The notes under the pieces: generated by a model
What the model was told of the DNA's origin: nothing
Databases searched by the model: none
What the model saw: only the letters and a program-made list of their open reading frames with translations
Shown: one piece after another, positions 9,912-18,203 of the stretch
Layout of the letters: each line of letters opens with the position of its first letter
How positions within the stretch are numbered: the stretch's first letter is position 1
Made by a program: the position numbers and the translations under genes
Source: an uncultured Gammaproteobacteria bacterium
GTDB lineage: Bacteria > Patescibacteriota > Microgenomatia > Daviesbacterales > UBA10151
Assembly: GCA_964500725.1 (NCBI GenBank)
Contig: CAZCNP010000001.1
Coordinates: forward strand, 64,766 to 128,765
Direction of reading: 5' to 3'
Length of the DNA: 64,000 bases

Positions 9912-10586
9912 TCATCTTAGTCCAACAGTAGTCTTAAATACAACTGGATCAATCTGGCCGGCAATCACAGCAGGCGCATTAACACCTGGACCTAAAGTAA
10001 ATGATACTGTCACACTATCTTTATAACCTGATTGTGGATTTTTGGTAAATGAACCAGTTGTAACTGACACTCCTGATTGAAGATTTGTATCAGTCAAAAT
10101 CACAATCTGTGTCATTGGATCAGCAATATTACATACTCTACTAACAAACTCTGATTCCGTTTCTTTTCTTAAAGGAGAAGAACCAGCAACATCTTGCTTT
10201 GCAGGATTATCTTGTTGTATATAACCATTAATGCTATGATCCGAAGGCTCAAGAGTAATTCTATAACGTGTGTATGTACCATTCGTGACCACTACCAAAG
10301 TGTTCGAAGAAACAATAGCAGGAGGAGATGGTAACTGCGGGCACACTACATTATCAGCGCCTCTGATAGTTTTATCCATATTATCCAAAACTGCCTGGCC
10401 ATTTTGTTTTATCACAGCCAGTATTTGTGATTTATTACTGCCTCTTAAAGTATTGGTAAAAATAGTTACTAAAATAGTCCCAACTATAGCAACAATAGCC
10501 ATAGTGACTAAAATTTCAACTAAAGTAAACCCAGCACCACTCTTTCTAATCCTGTCTTTGTGGTGCTGGGTAAACCCTTTATTCAT
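9912..10586 (-). CDS. type IV pilin-like protein with a long leader
   Basis: GFTQHHKDRIRKSGAGFTLVEILVTMAIVAIVG prepilin signal. The leader-coding DNA contains the conserved hairpin repeat. Confidence 0.75.
   Translation of the reverse strand: MNKGFTQHHKDRIRKSGAGFTLVEILVTMAIVAIVGTILVTIFTNTLRGSNKSQILAVIKQNGQAVLDNMDKTIRGADNVVCPQLPSPPAIVSSNTLVVVTNGTYTRYRITLEPSDHSINGYIQQDNPAKQDVAGSSPLRKETESEFVSRVCNIADPMTQIVILTDTNLQSGVSVTTGSFTKNPQSGYKDSVTVSFTLGPGVNAPAVIAGQIDPVVFKTTVGLR
10527..10576. repeat. pilin-leader hairpin repeat, copy A (arms aaacccagcaccac / gtggtgctgggtaaaccc)
   Basis: 11-bp perfect inverted repeat within the leader-coding region of pilin 9912..10586. The 44-nt core is identical to copy D. 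Confidence 0.8.
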
Positions 10587-11107
10587 AGTTTTCTTAATAT
10601 AGTTGTCAACTTTGATTGATGAGGTCCTGCAAAATCAGTCCACTGAACAATTACTGTAACTGTTTTTTGGGTAGTGTACGTAGTAGAATCATCTGATAAA
10701 ATTACAACTCTTTTAAACTTACCATCGCTTAATGGATCTTCTGCATTATTTGGTATATTATTTGCTGCTGTCGAAAACTGAAAGCTAGAACCACTGAACT
10801 TAAAGTAACAATTGGGCGTACAATTCGGAGAAATCTGATTTGTCCAAAGATCTGTATCCTGCCAGTTATCAATAGTTTGACTGTTCAATGTAAAACTTCC
10901 CGAGATAGAACTATTTCTATCTCTGCTGGAACGTACCTTCTCTATTCCTTCCTGGGCTAGTTTAGTGGCCTGGGCAGAATTTTTGGCAAAGGTGGCATTC
11001 CGTAAAGAAAAGATAGTAGCATAAGTTAAAGCTGCTACAACCAAAATTCCTACAGCAGAAGCTGTAACTACTTCCAGCAAAGACTGACCTGTTTCTCTCA
11101 TTGACAT
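10583..11107 (-). CDS. pseudopilin-like protein. The start is probably the internal ATG at 11107; the ORF track extends to 11194.
   Basis: MSMRETGQSLLEVVTASAVGILVVAAL class III-like signal. Confidence 0.5.
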   Translation of the reverse strand: MSMRETGQSLLEVVTASAVGILVVAALTYATIFSLRNATFAKNSAQATKLAQEGIEKVRSSRDRNSSISGSFTLNSQTIDNWQDTDLWTNQISPNCTPNCYFKFSGSSFQFSTAANNIPNNAEDPLSDGKFKRVVILSDDSTTYTTQKTVTVIVQWTDFAGPHQSKLTTILRKL

Positions 11108-11177
11108 TTGATTCCCTGTTTGATAATATATAAATACTAAACATGAAGCAGATATTTCGTATGTCTGCTTCTTTTTT

Positions 11178-11813
11178 TTATCCTTTTTCCTCAAATTTTA
11201 TATCTTTCTCTAGCCTAACGAAATCTCTAAAGTTACTGCCTGCAAATTGTCTTATTTCTCTGGCTGTCCTTGGACCTCTTGCTAACACAATTACATCCTT
11301 GCCAACTTCTTTAAGATACTTAAGGACAGGAAGAAAATCTCCATCACCTGATAATACAAGCACTCTGTCAAAATTATCTTTTTCTTTCATTAAATAAAAG
11401 GCCATCTCAACATCACAATTAGCTTTCCTTTGGGTGCTGCCATTTTCTTGATAATATAACTTTACAGGTTTTAGATATAACCTATACCCAAATTTCTTAA
11501 GCTTCAGATAAAACTTAATCCTACTAAGATGCCTTGAGAGTAAAATCAACTTAGCTTCATCCAGCTTTTTCCCATTCTGTTCAATATAGTTCTCAAGCTT
11601 CGTTTTTAATTTTTCAATCGGCACTGTTTCATTTTTTAGGTAATCATATTTGTACCCATGAACTTCTACCCCGCCAAAATAATACACTTCCGAAATATTA
11701 TATCTTTTTTTAAGGTACGTTATAAGCTTTGCATAATCAATCTTCCACCCTAAACTCTTTTCTCCACCGTAAAAGAGATTTGAAGCATCTATAAAAGCGT
11801 AGGTTTTATTCAT
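11178..11813 (-). CDS. NYN (LabA/PIN-like) domain protein
   Basis: AFIDASNL ... VLVLSGDGDFLPVLKYL match NYN-domain motifs. Confidence 0.6.
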   Translation of the reverse strand: MNKTYAFIDASNLFYGGEKSLGWKIDYAKLITYLKKRYNISEVYYFGGVEVHGYKYDYLKNETVPIEKLKTKLENYIEQNGKKLDEAKLILLSRHLSRIKFYLKLKKFGYRLYLKPVKLYYQENGSTQRKANCDVEMAFYLMKEKDNFDRVLVLSGDGDFLPVLKYLKEVGKDVIVLARGPRTAREIRQFAGSNFRDFVRLEKDIKFEEKG

Positions 11814-11831
11814 TAGTATATAAACTTCTTG

Positions 11832-13040
11832 CTAGAAAAGAGAACACCCTGCATTACCATTATATGAAGCAGTTATCTCAGCAGGAGTCAAAGCTCTATT
11901 ATAAATCCTAACTTCATCTATAGAACCATTAAAAAATTCTCCATTACCTCCATACTGACCAATATAAACATTCCGGGTAGCATCATAAAGCATGGGTGTA
12001 CTAGAGGCATAAGTGCCACTTCCTACTTGATTGCCATTAGCATAGATGGTATAGCCAGTGGTAGTAACTACATAGGTGATATGGTACCAAAAGTCTATAG
12101 AATAGCTGAAAGTGGCATCTGCTCCAGTTGTTATCCATGCAGAACCAGTACCAATATCTCCATGAATAGTGTTGCCGTTTTGCAGCTTCATATCAAAAGT
12201 GTAATCACCTCCGCTTCTGGTACCAAAAATAGCCCCAGTAGAATTATCCGCAGGCTTCACCCAAGCAGATATTGTAAACGGACCAGACATAGATCCTAAT
12301 GCATTAGCACCTAAAGAAACATAGTTGCTTCCATTAAATTGCCCTGCGCTACCAATCTTACCATTGGGATCCCAACTAGCTGTACTCCAGGTTCCAGTAT
12401 GGCCATAACCACTTTTATCTGCAACTTTGGTATCTGTTCCTTCATTAAAATCCCAATAACCAACTAAACCATTTAGCTGTGAACCAGAAGCATCACAGGT
12501 AGGCCTTGTTTTAAGGGTTCCCCCGGAAGTCATGGAAATAGATTTAGTGCTTGTAGTCCTAGTATTTTCCAGAGAAACTGCAAAAGAAGTGCATTTTGGC
12601 TCTCCGAAGTTCATCGTACCCGTCAGAAGATCAAAATTTATTGTATAAGCCGATCCTGGAAATCCCGGGTCTGACGGGCAAGCAACACCAACTCTTGATA
12701 TACTGTCTATTTGGATATTTGAATCTATCTTACTAATATCCAATTCTTTCTTTGAATAAAAAGTCCCTGATTCCTCACAACCTAAAGTTACAGTCTTACG
12801 GTCATCTGAAAATACTACTTGCCATTTAGCGCTGAAAGCGCTCTGGCATTTGTTATTAGAGCTGGCATTTGTCTGTGCTTGTCTTATTAAACCTTGAATA
12901 TCAGAAGTTGCGCTTTTTAATTTCTGGTCTTCTCCAAAATTGGCAAAATTAGCAAAAGCAAAAACTCCTGTTATAGCCATAATGGTCACAACCACCAAAA
13001 GCTCAACTAAAGTAAAGGCATTAGGGACAGCTTTAGCCAT
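11832..13040 (-). CDS. type IV pilin fused to a C-terminal LamG/concanavalin-like domain
   Basis: N-terminus AFTLVELLVVVTIMAITGV. C-terminus GNGEFFNGSIDEVRIYNRALTPAEI is the LamG hallmark. Confidence 0.7.
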   Translation of the reverse strand: MAKAVPNAFTLVELLVVVTIMAITGVFAFANFANFGEDQKLKSATSDIQGLIRQAQTNASSNNKCQSAFSAKWQVVFSDDRKTVTLGCEESGTFYSKKELDISKIDSNIQIDSISRVGVACPSDPGFPGSAYTINFDLLTGTMNFGEPKCTSFAVSLENTRTTSTKSISMTSGGTLKTRPTCDASGSQLNGLVGYWDFNEGTDTKVADKSGYGHTGTWSTASWDPNGKIGSAGQFNGSNYVSLGANALGSMSGPFTISAWVKPADNSTGAIFGTRSGGDYTFDMKLQNGNTIHGDIGTGSAWITTGADATFSYSIDFWYHITYVVTTTGYTIYANGNQVGSGTYASSTPMLYDATRNVYIGQYGGNGEFFNGSIDEVRIYNRALTPAEITASYNGNAGCSLF

Positions 13041-13046
13041 GTTTTA

Positions 13047-13078
13047 ATTGTACATTGTACATTGTACATTGTACATTG
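13047..13078. repeat. (attgtac)x4.5 heptanucleotide tract between a pilin stop and the pilin-LamG start
   Basis: Same unit as 9049-9076. Lies 6 nt upstream of the ATG of 11832..13040. Confidence 0.85.
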
Positions 13079-13079
13079 C

Positions 13080-13538
13080 TTAAGGTGGAGTAACTACAAA
13101 ATTATAATCACTAAAATCAGGCGCAAGAGGCCATGAAGTACCACAGCTGACTGGAAGAGATTGCGGGGGAGAAGGAGGGTTTTCCAGCTTGGCATAAAGA
13201 CAATAGCTTGTGCAATTATTTCCTGCTGCATCACAACCTAAAGGAACATAACCATATCCTTGAGGAATTTGGGTCATATAATTTCTTCGGCTACCCGCAC
13301 AAGGAGATCCTTGGCTAATATTACATAAATAACCAATCTGCCCCGGATAAGCATCCGCTTCTGTCACATATTGTTCCAGAGCCAGCTGAATGGATTTTAA
13401 ATCTGCCTGCCTTTTGCTGTCCCTGCCTTGTTTTAAGACAGAGGAATATAAAATCAAACCAATAGCAGAAAGTATAGCAATAATGCTGATTGTTATTAAA
13501 AGCTCAATTAAGGTGAAACCTTTTTTTTGGGCAGGCAT
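13080..13538 (-). CDS. type IV pilin (PilA/GspG-like)
   Basis: KKGFTLIELLITISIIAILSAIGL...RQADLKSIQLALEQY. Confidence 0.8.
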   Translation of the reverse strand: MPAQKKGFTLIELLITISIIAILSAIGLILYSSVLKQGRDSKRQADLKSIQLALEQYVTEADAYPGQIGYLCNISQGSPCAGSRRNYMTQIPQGYGYVPLGCDAAGNNCTSYCLYAKLENPPSPPQSLPVSCGTSWPLAPDFSDYNFVVTPP

Positions 13539-13575
13539 AACTTTAATTTAACACATAATCTTAAACTTTTGAACT

Positions 13576-13995
13576 TCAGTTTTCATAATATAAATCTAAA
13601 AAATCTTTTGCAGAGATAATCTCTATGTTTTTAAACTTTTTAAGAGAGAGTAGATGCTTTTTATCCCCGGAAATAATATACTCAGCTTTTGCCTCCTGGG
13701 CAGCTTCTAAAATTTTATTGTCCTTGGGATAGGTTTGTATCACTTTAACAATAACCTGGGGAGAAACCAGAATAGCAAACTCACCAATTCCTTTTATAAC
13801 TTCCTTTACTTCTTCCGCTGACCAACCAAATTTATTCTGCAGGTTTCTGGCAACCTCCAATAATATTGCATTACTTGTAAAAAGTTCTATGTCTCCTTTT
13901 TTAGCCAGTTCTAAACATTGCCTTGGGTTACCACCAAAAATAATTGCAGAAAGGTAAATATTGGCGTCAAAAACAACTTTAACCTTTTGCTTCAT
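13576..13995 (-). CDS. PIN-domain toxin (putative TA toxin, TIGR00305-like)
   Basis: VVFDANIYLSAII...ELFTSNAILLEV...ISGDKKHL is the PIN acidic-residue pattern. Overlaps the upstream RHH gene. Confidence 0.6.
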   Translation of the reverse strand: MKQKVKVVFDANIYLSAIIFGGNPRQCLELAKKGDIELFTSNAILLEVARNLQNKFGWSAEEVKEVIKGIGEFAILVSPQVIVKVIQTYPKDNKILEAAQEAKAEYIISGDKKHLLSLKKFKNIEIISAKDFLDLYYEN

Positions 13996-14224
13996 GGAGT
14001 ATACGGTCTATATCATCTTCCGAAGTTATCTTAAAATCCCTGGCAGTTTTCGCACCTCTTTTGTAAATCCTCTGCCATCTCTCTTCCTCAGAAGCATTAT
14101 CTATTAAAGAAGAGATAAAAGCGCTGCGGGATTGACCGCTCGTACTACGGCTTTTCTCCAGTTTCAGAGCCACTCTTTGAGGCATAGATATAGAAATTAC
14201 ATGGGTTGTTCTTTGAATTTTCAT
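13979..14224 (-). CDS. ribbon-helix-helix (CopG-like) antitoxin
   Basis: VISISMPQRVALKLEK matches an RHH beta-strand and helix. Its 3' end overlaps the PIN gene by 17 nt. Confidence 0.5.
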   Translation of the reverse strand: MKIQRTTHVISISMPQRVALKLEKSRSTSGQSRSAFISSLIDNASEEERWQRIYKRGAKTARDFKITSEDDIDRILHEAKG

Positions 14225-14284
14225 ACAGTGTAATAATAATTTATTTCTTAAGTTCTGTCAATATAACAAATTCAGTCAATTGTT

Positions 14285-14740
14285 TTATGGTGATGAGACT
14301 GAATAATGATAAGTACTTGCGCCAGATATAGTATTAGGGCATTCTGTAACTAAGTTATTATTGGATGAATTTTCCATTTCAGCAAATAAGCAATATTTAG
14401 TGCAATTATTACTAACATTATCACATCCTGTTGCATTTGCTGAAGTAGCAGAAACATACAAAGGAATATATAAATATGGGTGATTTGTAGTATCTACTGC
14501 CTCAGTTGGAACCTGGTTTAAATAAGGAGACCATGAAGGAGCAGGAAGAGATAAAGGATATGAGGTATTATCCCTATAATATTGTTCCAGGGCAGACTGG
14601 ATCTGTTTTAAATCAGATTTTCTTTGAGAGTCTCTGGCATTTTTAGTTAAATTATCATAAGAGGCAATAGAAATTGCCATCAAAATAGCAATTATAGAAA
14701 TAGTCACCAAAAGTTCAATTAAAGTAAAACCATTTTTCAT
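14285..14740 (-). CDS. type IV pilin
   Basis: MKNGFTLIELLVTISIIAILMAISIA...DLKQIQSALEQYY. Confidence 0.8.
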   Translation of the reverse strand: MKNGFTLIELLVTISIIAILMAISIASYDNLTKNARDSQRKSDLKQIQSALEQYYRDNTSYPLSLPAPSWSPYLNQVPTEAVDTTNHPYLYIPLYVSATSANATGCDNVSNNCTKYCLFAEMENSSNNNLVTECPNTISGASTYHYSVSSP

Positions 14741-14747
14741 ACCTTAT

Positions 14748-14782
14748 TCAATTGTCAATTGTCCAATGTTAATTGTCAATTG
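14748..14782. repeat. (tcaattg)x5 imperfect heptanucleotide tract immediately upstream of pilin 14285..14740
   Basis: CAATTG palindromes at 7-bp spacing. Confidence 0.8.
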
Positions 14783-14788
14783 TTTTAA

Positions 14789-16678
14789 TTAATTGGGAGT
14801 AAAGTTTATGGTAATAGTATAGATAGAATCATCATTTACTACATTTGAGAGGGAATCCTTATAGTAAGTTAGCACATCGCCATTACCATTCATCTGCTGG
14901 GTAACTGTTCTGGTTTTTCGAACACGATCACCTGCACCAACAGTCACTTCTTGTAAGTCAAATCCTGGAAAATCATTATATTGCTTAACGCGATCTAATC
15001 TATAAAGCCAACTATAATCCATATAAATAACACCAAATTTAAATCCATTGCCTCCTGTACCTACCTTCGTTTCGGTTACTGTCATAATTGCCAGACCTTT
15101 CCTGGGTGCCCGCCAAAAAATAACTGCTGTGTCAATCTGTCCTCCTAGAGAATGGCTTGGGGATAACATCATATAACTCGCTCCCCAAATATTACTATTA
15201 GGTGCTTTCCAATAAGGCTGTCCTGAAGGCACATCCATCCAAATTTCCGGTCCAGCTTCATAATTGGCCTGCTGTGTTGTGCCCCCATATTGCCAGACAT
15301 CTTGGCTGTAGTGGTAAAACCAGCAACGACTCCAGACAGGGTTATCTCCTGAGCATAAAGTAACATTTCCTAGGTTACCTGAATATTCGGAAGCCAAAGT
15401 ATGCGTTGATGGACAAGGCAAATTGGTACAAGTCCTTGAACTGTTACCTCCATCTAAGCTACTACAATCTGTGCCTTCGTTTGCAGGGGAGGGATTAGAA
15501 CAAGTTCTAGTTTGTGTGCCACTAGTACCACAAGCAGTTGCTGAACAAGCACTCCAATCAGACCATCCTCCATTAACAGGACATGCTTGAGTATTGCAAG
15601 CCACAGTTTCTGTTAAACCTCTTGTTACACCATCTGACAATAAACATTGAGATCCTCCATTGGCAGGAGAGGGATTTGTACAGGTTCTAGTTTGTGTGCC
15701 ACTAGTACCACAAGCTATGGCTGAACAACTACTCCAGGCAGTCCAAACACCATCAATCCTCTCCACCGGCCCTTGCTTTAATTTAATACTGACATCATAA
15801 CCTCGGCCATTACAAAGATAGCTTGAGTTATAATAATAAGGGCTTATAGCACCTGTGCTAGCGATAGTACTTGTGGAGTCTCGACTACTATAGTAAGCAA
15901 ATCCTCCTATACCCGGACATGTTCCATAACAGGAAGCCGTACAAGGTGTACACCGGTTTAAAATATTACTTAAATCAGAATTGCTTGGGCAACTCATGTA
16001 GACTGTTTTATTTGCTAGGCCGGCATCCGATGTTCTGCAATGGATGGCAGAAACAGTACTTAACATTGGCACAGTTGGACAAGCTGGACTAAGATCATAG
16101 GGAGTTGTTGTTCCACTTGAACCAATGGTAGAAACTGCTCCTGAAGGCAAAGTAGAACCATTATCATAGACTCCACCTCTAGAAATAGCAGCAATCAGAT
16201 TTTGAGCAGAAGCCCCTACAGATGTTTTACAATAACAATAATTCTGATTAGTTCCAGAAGCAAGACTATTTATACACTGCTGAGGAGTTACACCAGGAGG
16301 CGCGCTATCTAAAATACTACATGCTACAAATGACTTCCCGTCTGAACTGATAACATAATCATTGTCTTTAGGTGGAGTAGGCAAAGTGTTATTTACAAAA
16401 AATGAGGCAAGACTAGATAAACTGCTTAAAACAGGATAGCTAGCTGTTTTAATATTGTATTTTGACTCCATAACCTTGGCTATAGCATCAATATCTGCTT
16501 TTCTTTTAGTATCCCTGGCCTTTTGCCCAACTCCACTATACATTGTCAACCCAACCACACTTAACACCCCAATAATGGCTACTACTATCAAAAGCTCAAC
16601 TAAAGTAAACCCAGCACCACTTTTAGAACTCGGAAATGTGGTGCTGGGTAAACCCACACTTCTTTTTCTCATTTTCAT
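14789..16678 (-). CDS. pilin-like protein carrying two thrombospondin type-1 (TSP1) repeats and a Cys-rich C-terminal domain
   Basis: Leader SGAGFTLVELLIVVAIIGVL, plus WTAWSSCSAIACGTSGTQTRTCTNPSPANGGSQC and WSDWSACSATACGTSGTQTRTCSNPSPANEGTDC. Confidence 0.75.
   Translation of the reverse strand: MKMRKRSVGLPSTTFPSSKSGAGFTLVELLIVVAIIGVLSVVGLTMYSGVGQKARDTKRKADIDAIAKVMESKYNIKTASYPVLSSLSSLASFFVNNTLPTPPKDNDYVISSDGKSFVACSILDSAPPGVTPQQCINSLASGTNQNYCYCKTSVGASAQNLIAAISRGGVYDNGSTLPSGAVSTIGSSGTTTPYDLSPACPTVPMLSTVSAIHCRTSDAGLANKTVYMSCPSNSDLSNILNRCTPCTASCYGTCPGIGGFAYYSSRDSTSTIASTGAISPYYYNSSYLCNGRGYDVSIKLKQGPVERIDGVWTAWSSCSAIACGTSGTQTRTCTNPSPANGGSQCLLSDGVTRGLTETVACNTQACPVNGGWSDWSACSATACGTSGTQTRTCSNPSPANEGTDCSSLDGGNSSRTCTNLPCPSTHTLASEYSGNLGNVTLCSGDNPVWSRCWFYHYSQDVWQYGGTTQQANYEAGPEIWMDVPSGQPYWKAPNSNIWGASYMMLSPSHSLGGQIDTAVIFWRAPRKGLAIMTVTETKVGTGGNGFKFGVIYMDYSWLYRLDRVKQYNDFPGFDLQEVTVGAGDRVRKTRTVTQQMNGNGDVLTYYKDSLSNVVNDDSIYTITINFTPN
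15485..15750. repeat. two ~85-bp, ~90%-identical DNA segments 180 bp apart, encoding the two TSP1 repeats
   Basis: 15485-15570 versus 15665-15750. Also similar to 56105-56215 in the 1094-aa protein gene. Confidence 0.75.
16607..16655. repeat. pilin-leader hairpin repeat, copy B
   Basis: Same arms with a different loop. Here read in a different frame (GLPSTT...SGAGF) within pilin 14789..16678. Confidence 0.8.
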
Positions 16679-16920
16679 AATCCAATCCTTTTTTTTAATT
16701 CTCTTATTGAATTACCACTATATTTTAGTCTTTTTTCTCTTAATCTAGCTAAATTTTCCATATTGAAAGCTTCGTAATAATGAAGAGTCCATGGCTTATA
16801 TCGTTTAGTAGAAAATACTTCACCATTATTATGCTCCAATAAACGCCTTTCAAGATCGTTTGTAGATCCAATATAAATCTGATTATTAGACATACTAACT
16901 AAGATATAAACATAATACAT
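16675..16920 (-). CDS. GIY-YIG nuclease (homing-endonuclease-like, stand-alone domain)
   Basis: MYYVYILVS...QIYIGSTNDLERRLLEHNNG is the GIY-YIG motif block. Confidence 0.75.
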   Translation of the reverse strand: MYYVYILVSMSNNQIYIGSTNDLERRLLEHNNGEVFSTKRYKPWTLHYYEAFNMENLARLREKRLKYSGNSIRELKKRIGL

Positions 16921-16922
16921 AA

Positions 16923-16953
16923 GTGGTGCTGGGTAAAACCCTTTTTAGGCATT
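16923..16953 (-). pseudogene. orphan pilin start fragment (MPKKGFTQHH...) left upstream of the GIY-YIG gene
   Basis: The start context gggcattac and the right hairpin arm gtggtgctgggtaaaaccc are duplicated from pilin 18965..20023 (MPKNSGFTQHH). Confidence 0.5.
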
Positions 16954-16963
16954 ACTTCTATCT

Positions 16964-17008
16964 TGTCATTTTAGTCAGCAAATATGCAAGTATTTGTGGT
17001 AAAATTAG
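16964..17008 (+). promoter_or_regulatory. ~45-bp upstream element (promoter/operator candidate) of AbiEii-like cassette 1
   Basis: gtcattttagtcagcaaatatgcaagtatttgtggtaaaatt is repeated almost identically at 17943-17988 and contains a TAAAAT -10-like box. Confidence 0.45.
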
Positions 17009-17011
17009 ATT

Positions 17012-17305
17012 ATGCAACAAGCATCTATGAACAAGTTCTTGGCTTCGCCGATAAAACAGGCATTTTGGGATTATAATTTTACCGAACACCAGCTTCTGAA
17101 AAAATTGGCAAAAGGCACAAGAGAAGAAAAAACATGGATTATAGGCAGAATTTTGGAAAATCTTCCTTTTAATTCTATATGGAAATATACAACACCAAAA
17201 CAAGTAAAAGAAATCTTTCCATACCTTCACCTGCGCCCCAAACTTAAACAAATCTGGAGCTATACACTCTCTTTGTGGGGAAAATATGAAAAAACCTCTC
17301 ACTAA
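17012..17305 (+). CDS. small partner protein of the AbiEii-like nucleotidyltransferase (putative antitoxin/regulator; not AbiEi-like)
   Basis: 97 aa, overlaps the downstream NTase gene. Paralogous to 17991..18203 (WDYN...ILENL / INYGNL). Confidence 0.5.
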   Translation: MQQASMNKFLASPIKQAFWDYNFTEHQLLKKLAKGTREEKTWIIGRILENLPFNSIWKYTTPKQVKEIFPYLHLRPKLKQIWSYTLSLWGKYEKTSH

Positions 17306-17939
17306 ACTTCAGGAGGAGGTTCTTAAAAACTTTTTTGCCCAGCCAATTGGAAAATCCTACTTTTTGACTGGTGGCACTGCGCTTTCCGGATTTTATTTTT
17401 ACCATCGTGATAGTATTGATCTTGACTTTTTCACCTTTGAAACTATTGAAATTGAGCCTGTAAGACAGCTGCTCGAGATGGTTGCAAAAGAAGCCGGTTT
17501 ATCTTTGGATCATCGCGTGGCAACATCCGGATATCATAAATTTTTTCTGACAGGCAAAAAGGAGGAGCTTAAAATTGATCTGGTCAGAGAACAAAAGGTC
17601 CATTTTGGGGAAATTAAGACTTTTGGCAAAATAAAAGTGGATTCTATAGAAAACATTGGCAGTAATAAAATTACCGCAATTTTTGGCAGGACAGAGGCAA
17701 AAGACTTCATTGATCTTTATTTAATCTTGCAGAAGAAACTATTTACTTTTGAAAAACTCCTAAAAGATGCTAAAAAGAAGGATTTGGGTCTTTCTGAATT
17801 TTATCTGGCCCATATGCTTCTTGAAGTAAAAAATCTAAAAAATTTTCCCAAGATGTTAATTCCTTTTGACAAATCAACCATGAAAAACTATTTTATCTTG
17901 TTGGCAAACAGACTTCTAGTAGAAGCGAAGCCAGAATAA
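17286..17939 (+). CDS. AbiEii/DUF1814-family nucleotidyltransferase (type IV TA toxin-like)
   Basis: FLTGGTALSGFYFYHRDSIDLDFF N-terminal NTase motif. Confidence 0.65.
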   Translation: MKKPLTKLQEEVLKNFFAQPIGKSYFLTGGTALSGFYFYHRDSIDLDFFTFETIEIEPVRQLLEMVAKEAGLSLDHRVATSGYHKFFLTGKKEELKIDLVREQKVHFGEIKTFGKIKVDSIENIGSNKITAIFGRTEAKDFIDLYLILQKKLFTFEKLLKDAKKKDLGLSEFYLAHMLLEVKNLKNFPKMLIPFDKSTMKNYFILLANRLLVEAKPE

Positions 17940-17942
17940 ACA

Positions 17943-17988
17943 GTCATTTTAGTCAGCAAATATGCAAGTATTTTATGGTAAAATTATA
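17943..17988 (+). promoter_or_regulatory. second copy of the cassette upstream element
   Basis: Near-identical to 16964-17008. Confidence 0.45.
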
Positions 17989-17990
17989 GA

Positions 17991-18203
17991 GTGAAAACAC
18001 CTTACTTTATATGGGATTACAATATTAAAAATAATTGGCAGCCTAAAACCCAGGAGCAATGGGAATGGTTTTTAGTACGGAAGATTAATTATGGAAACCT
18101 CAAAGGTTTGAAAAAGGAAACTATCGCGGAATACTTTCCAAAAATAAAACAGATGCTCGATCCTGGCAAACGGGAGATGCTTGCGTACTTTCTAAACCAA
18201 TGA
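17991..18203 (+). CDS. small partner protein of the AbiEii-like NTase (paralog)
   Basis: 70 aa, overlaps the downstream gene start. Confidence 0.5.
   Translation: MKTPYFIWDYNIKNNWQPKTQEQWEWFLVRKINYGNLKGLKKETIAEYFPKIKQMLDPGKREMLAYFLNQ

Noticed and set aside
10559-10576. gtggtgctggg motif as a possible SRP-RNA or other ncRNA fragment
   Set aside because: All copies lie inside pilin leader-coding sequence and form a hairpin with an upstream arm. No further SRP domain IV features are present.
11143-11397. 84-aa plus-strand ORF
   Set aside because: It is antisense to the NYN-domain gene, which has clear domain motifs.
16455-16748. 97-aa plus-strand ORF
   Set aside because: It is antisense to the pilin leader/TM region and the start of the GIY-YIG gene. 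The hydrophobic translation is a mirror of the pilin TM helix.
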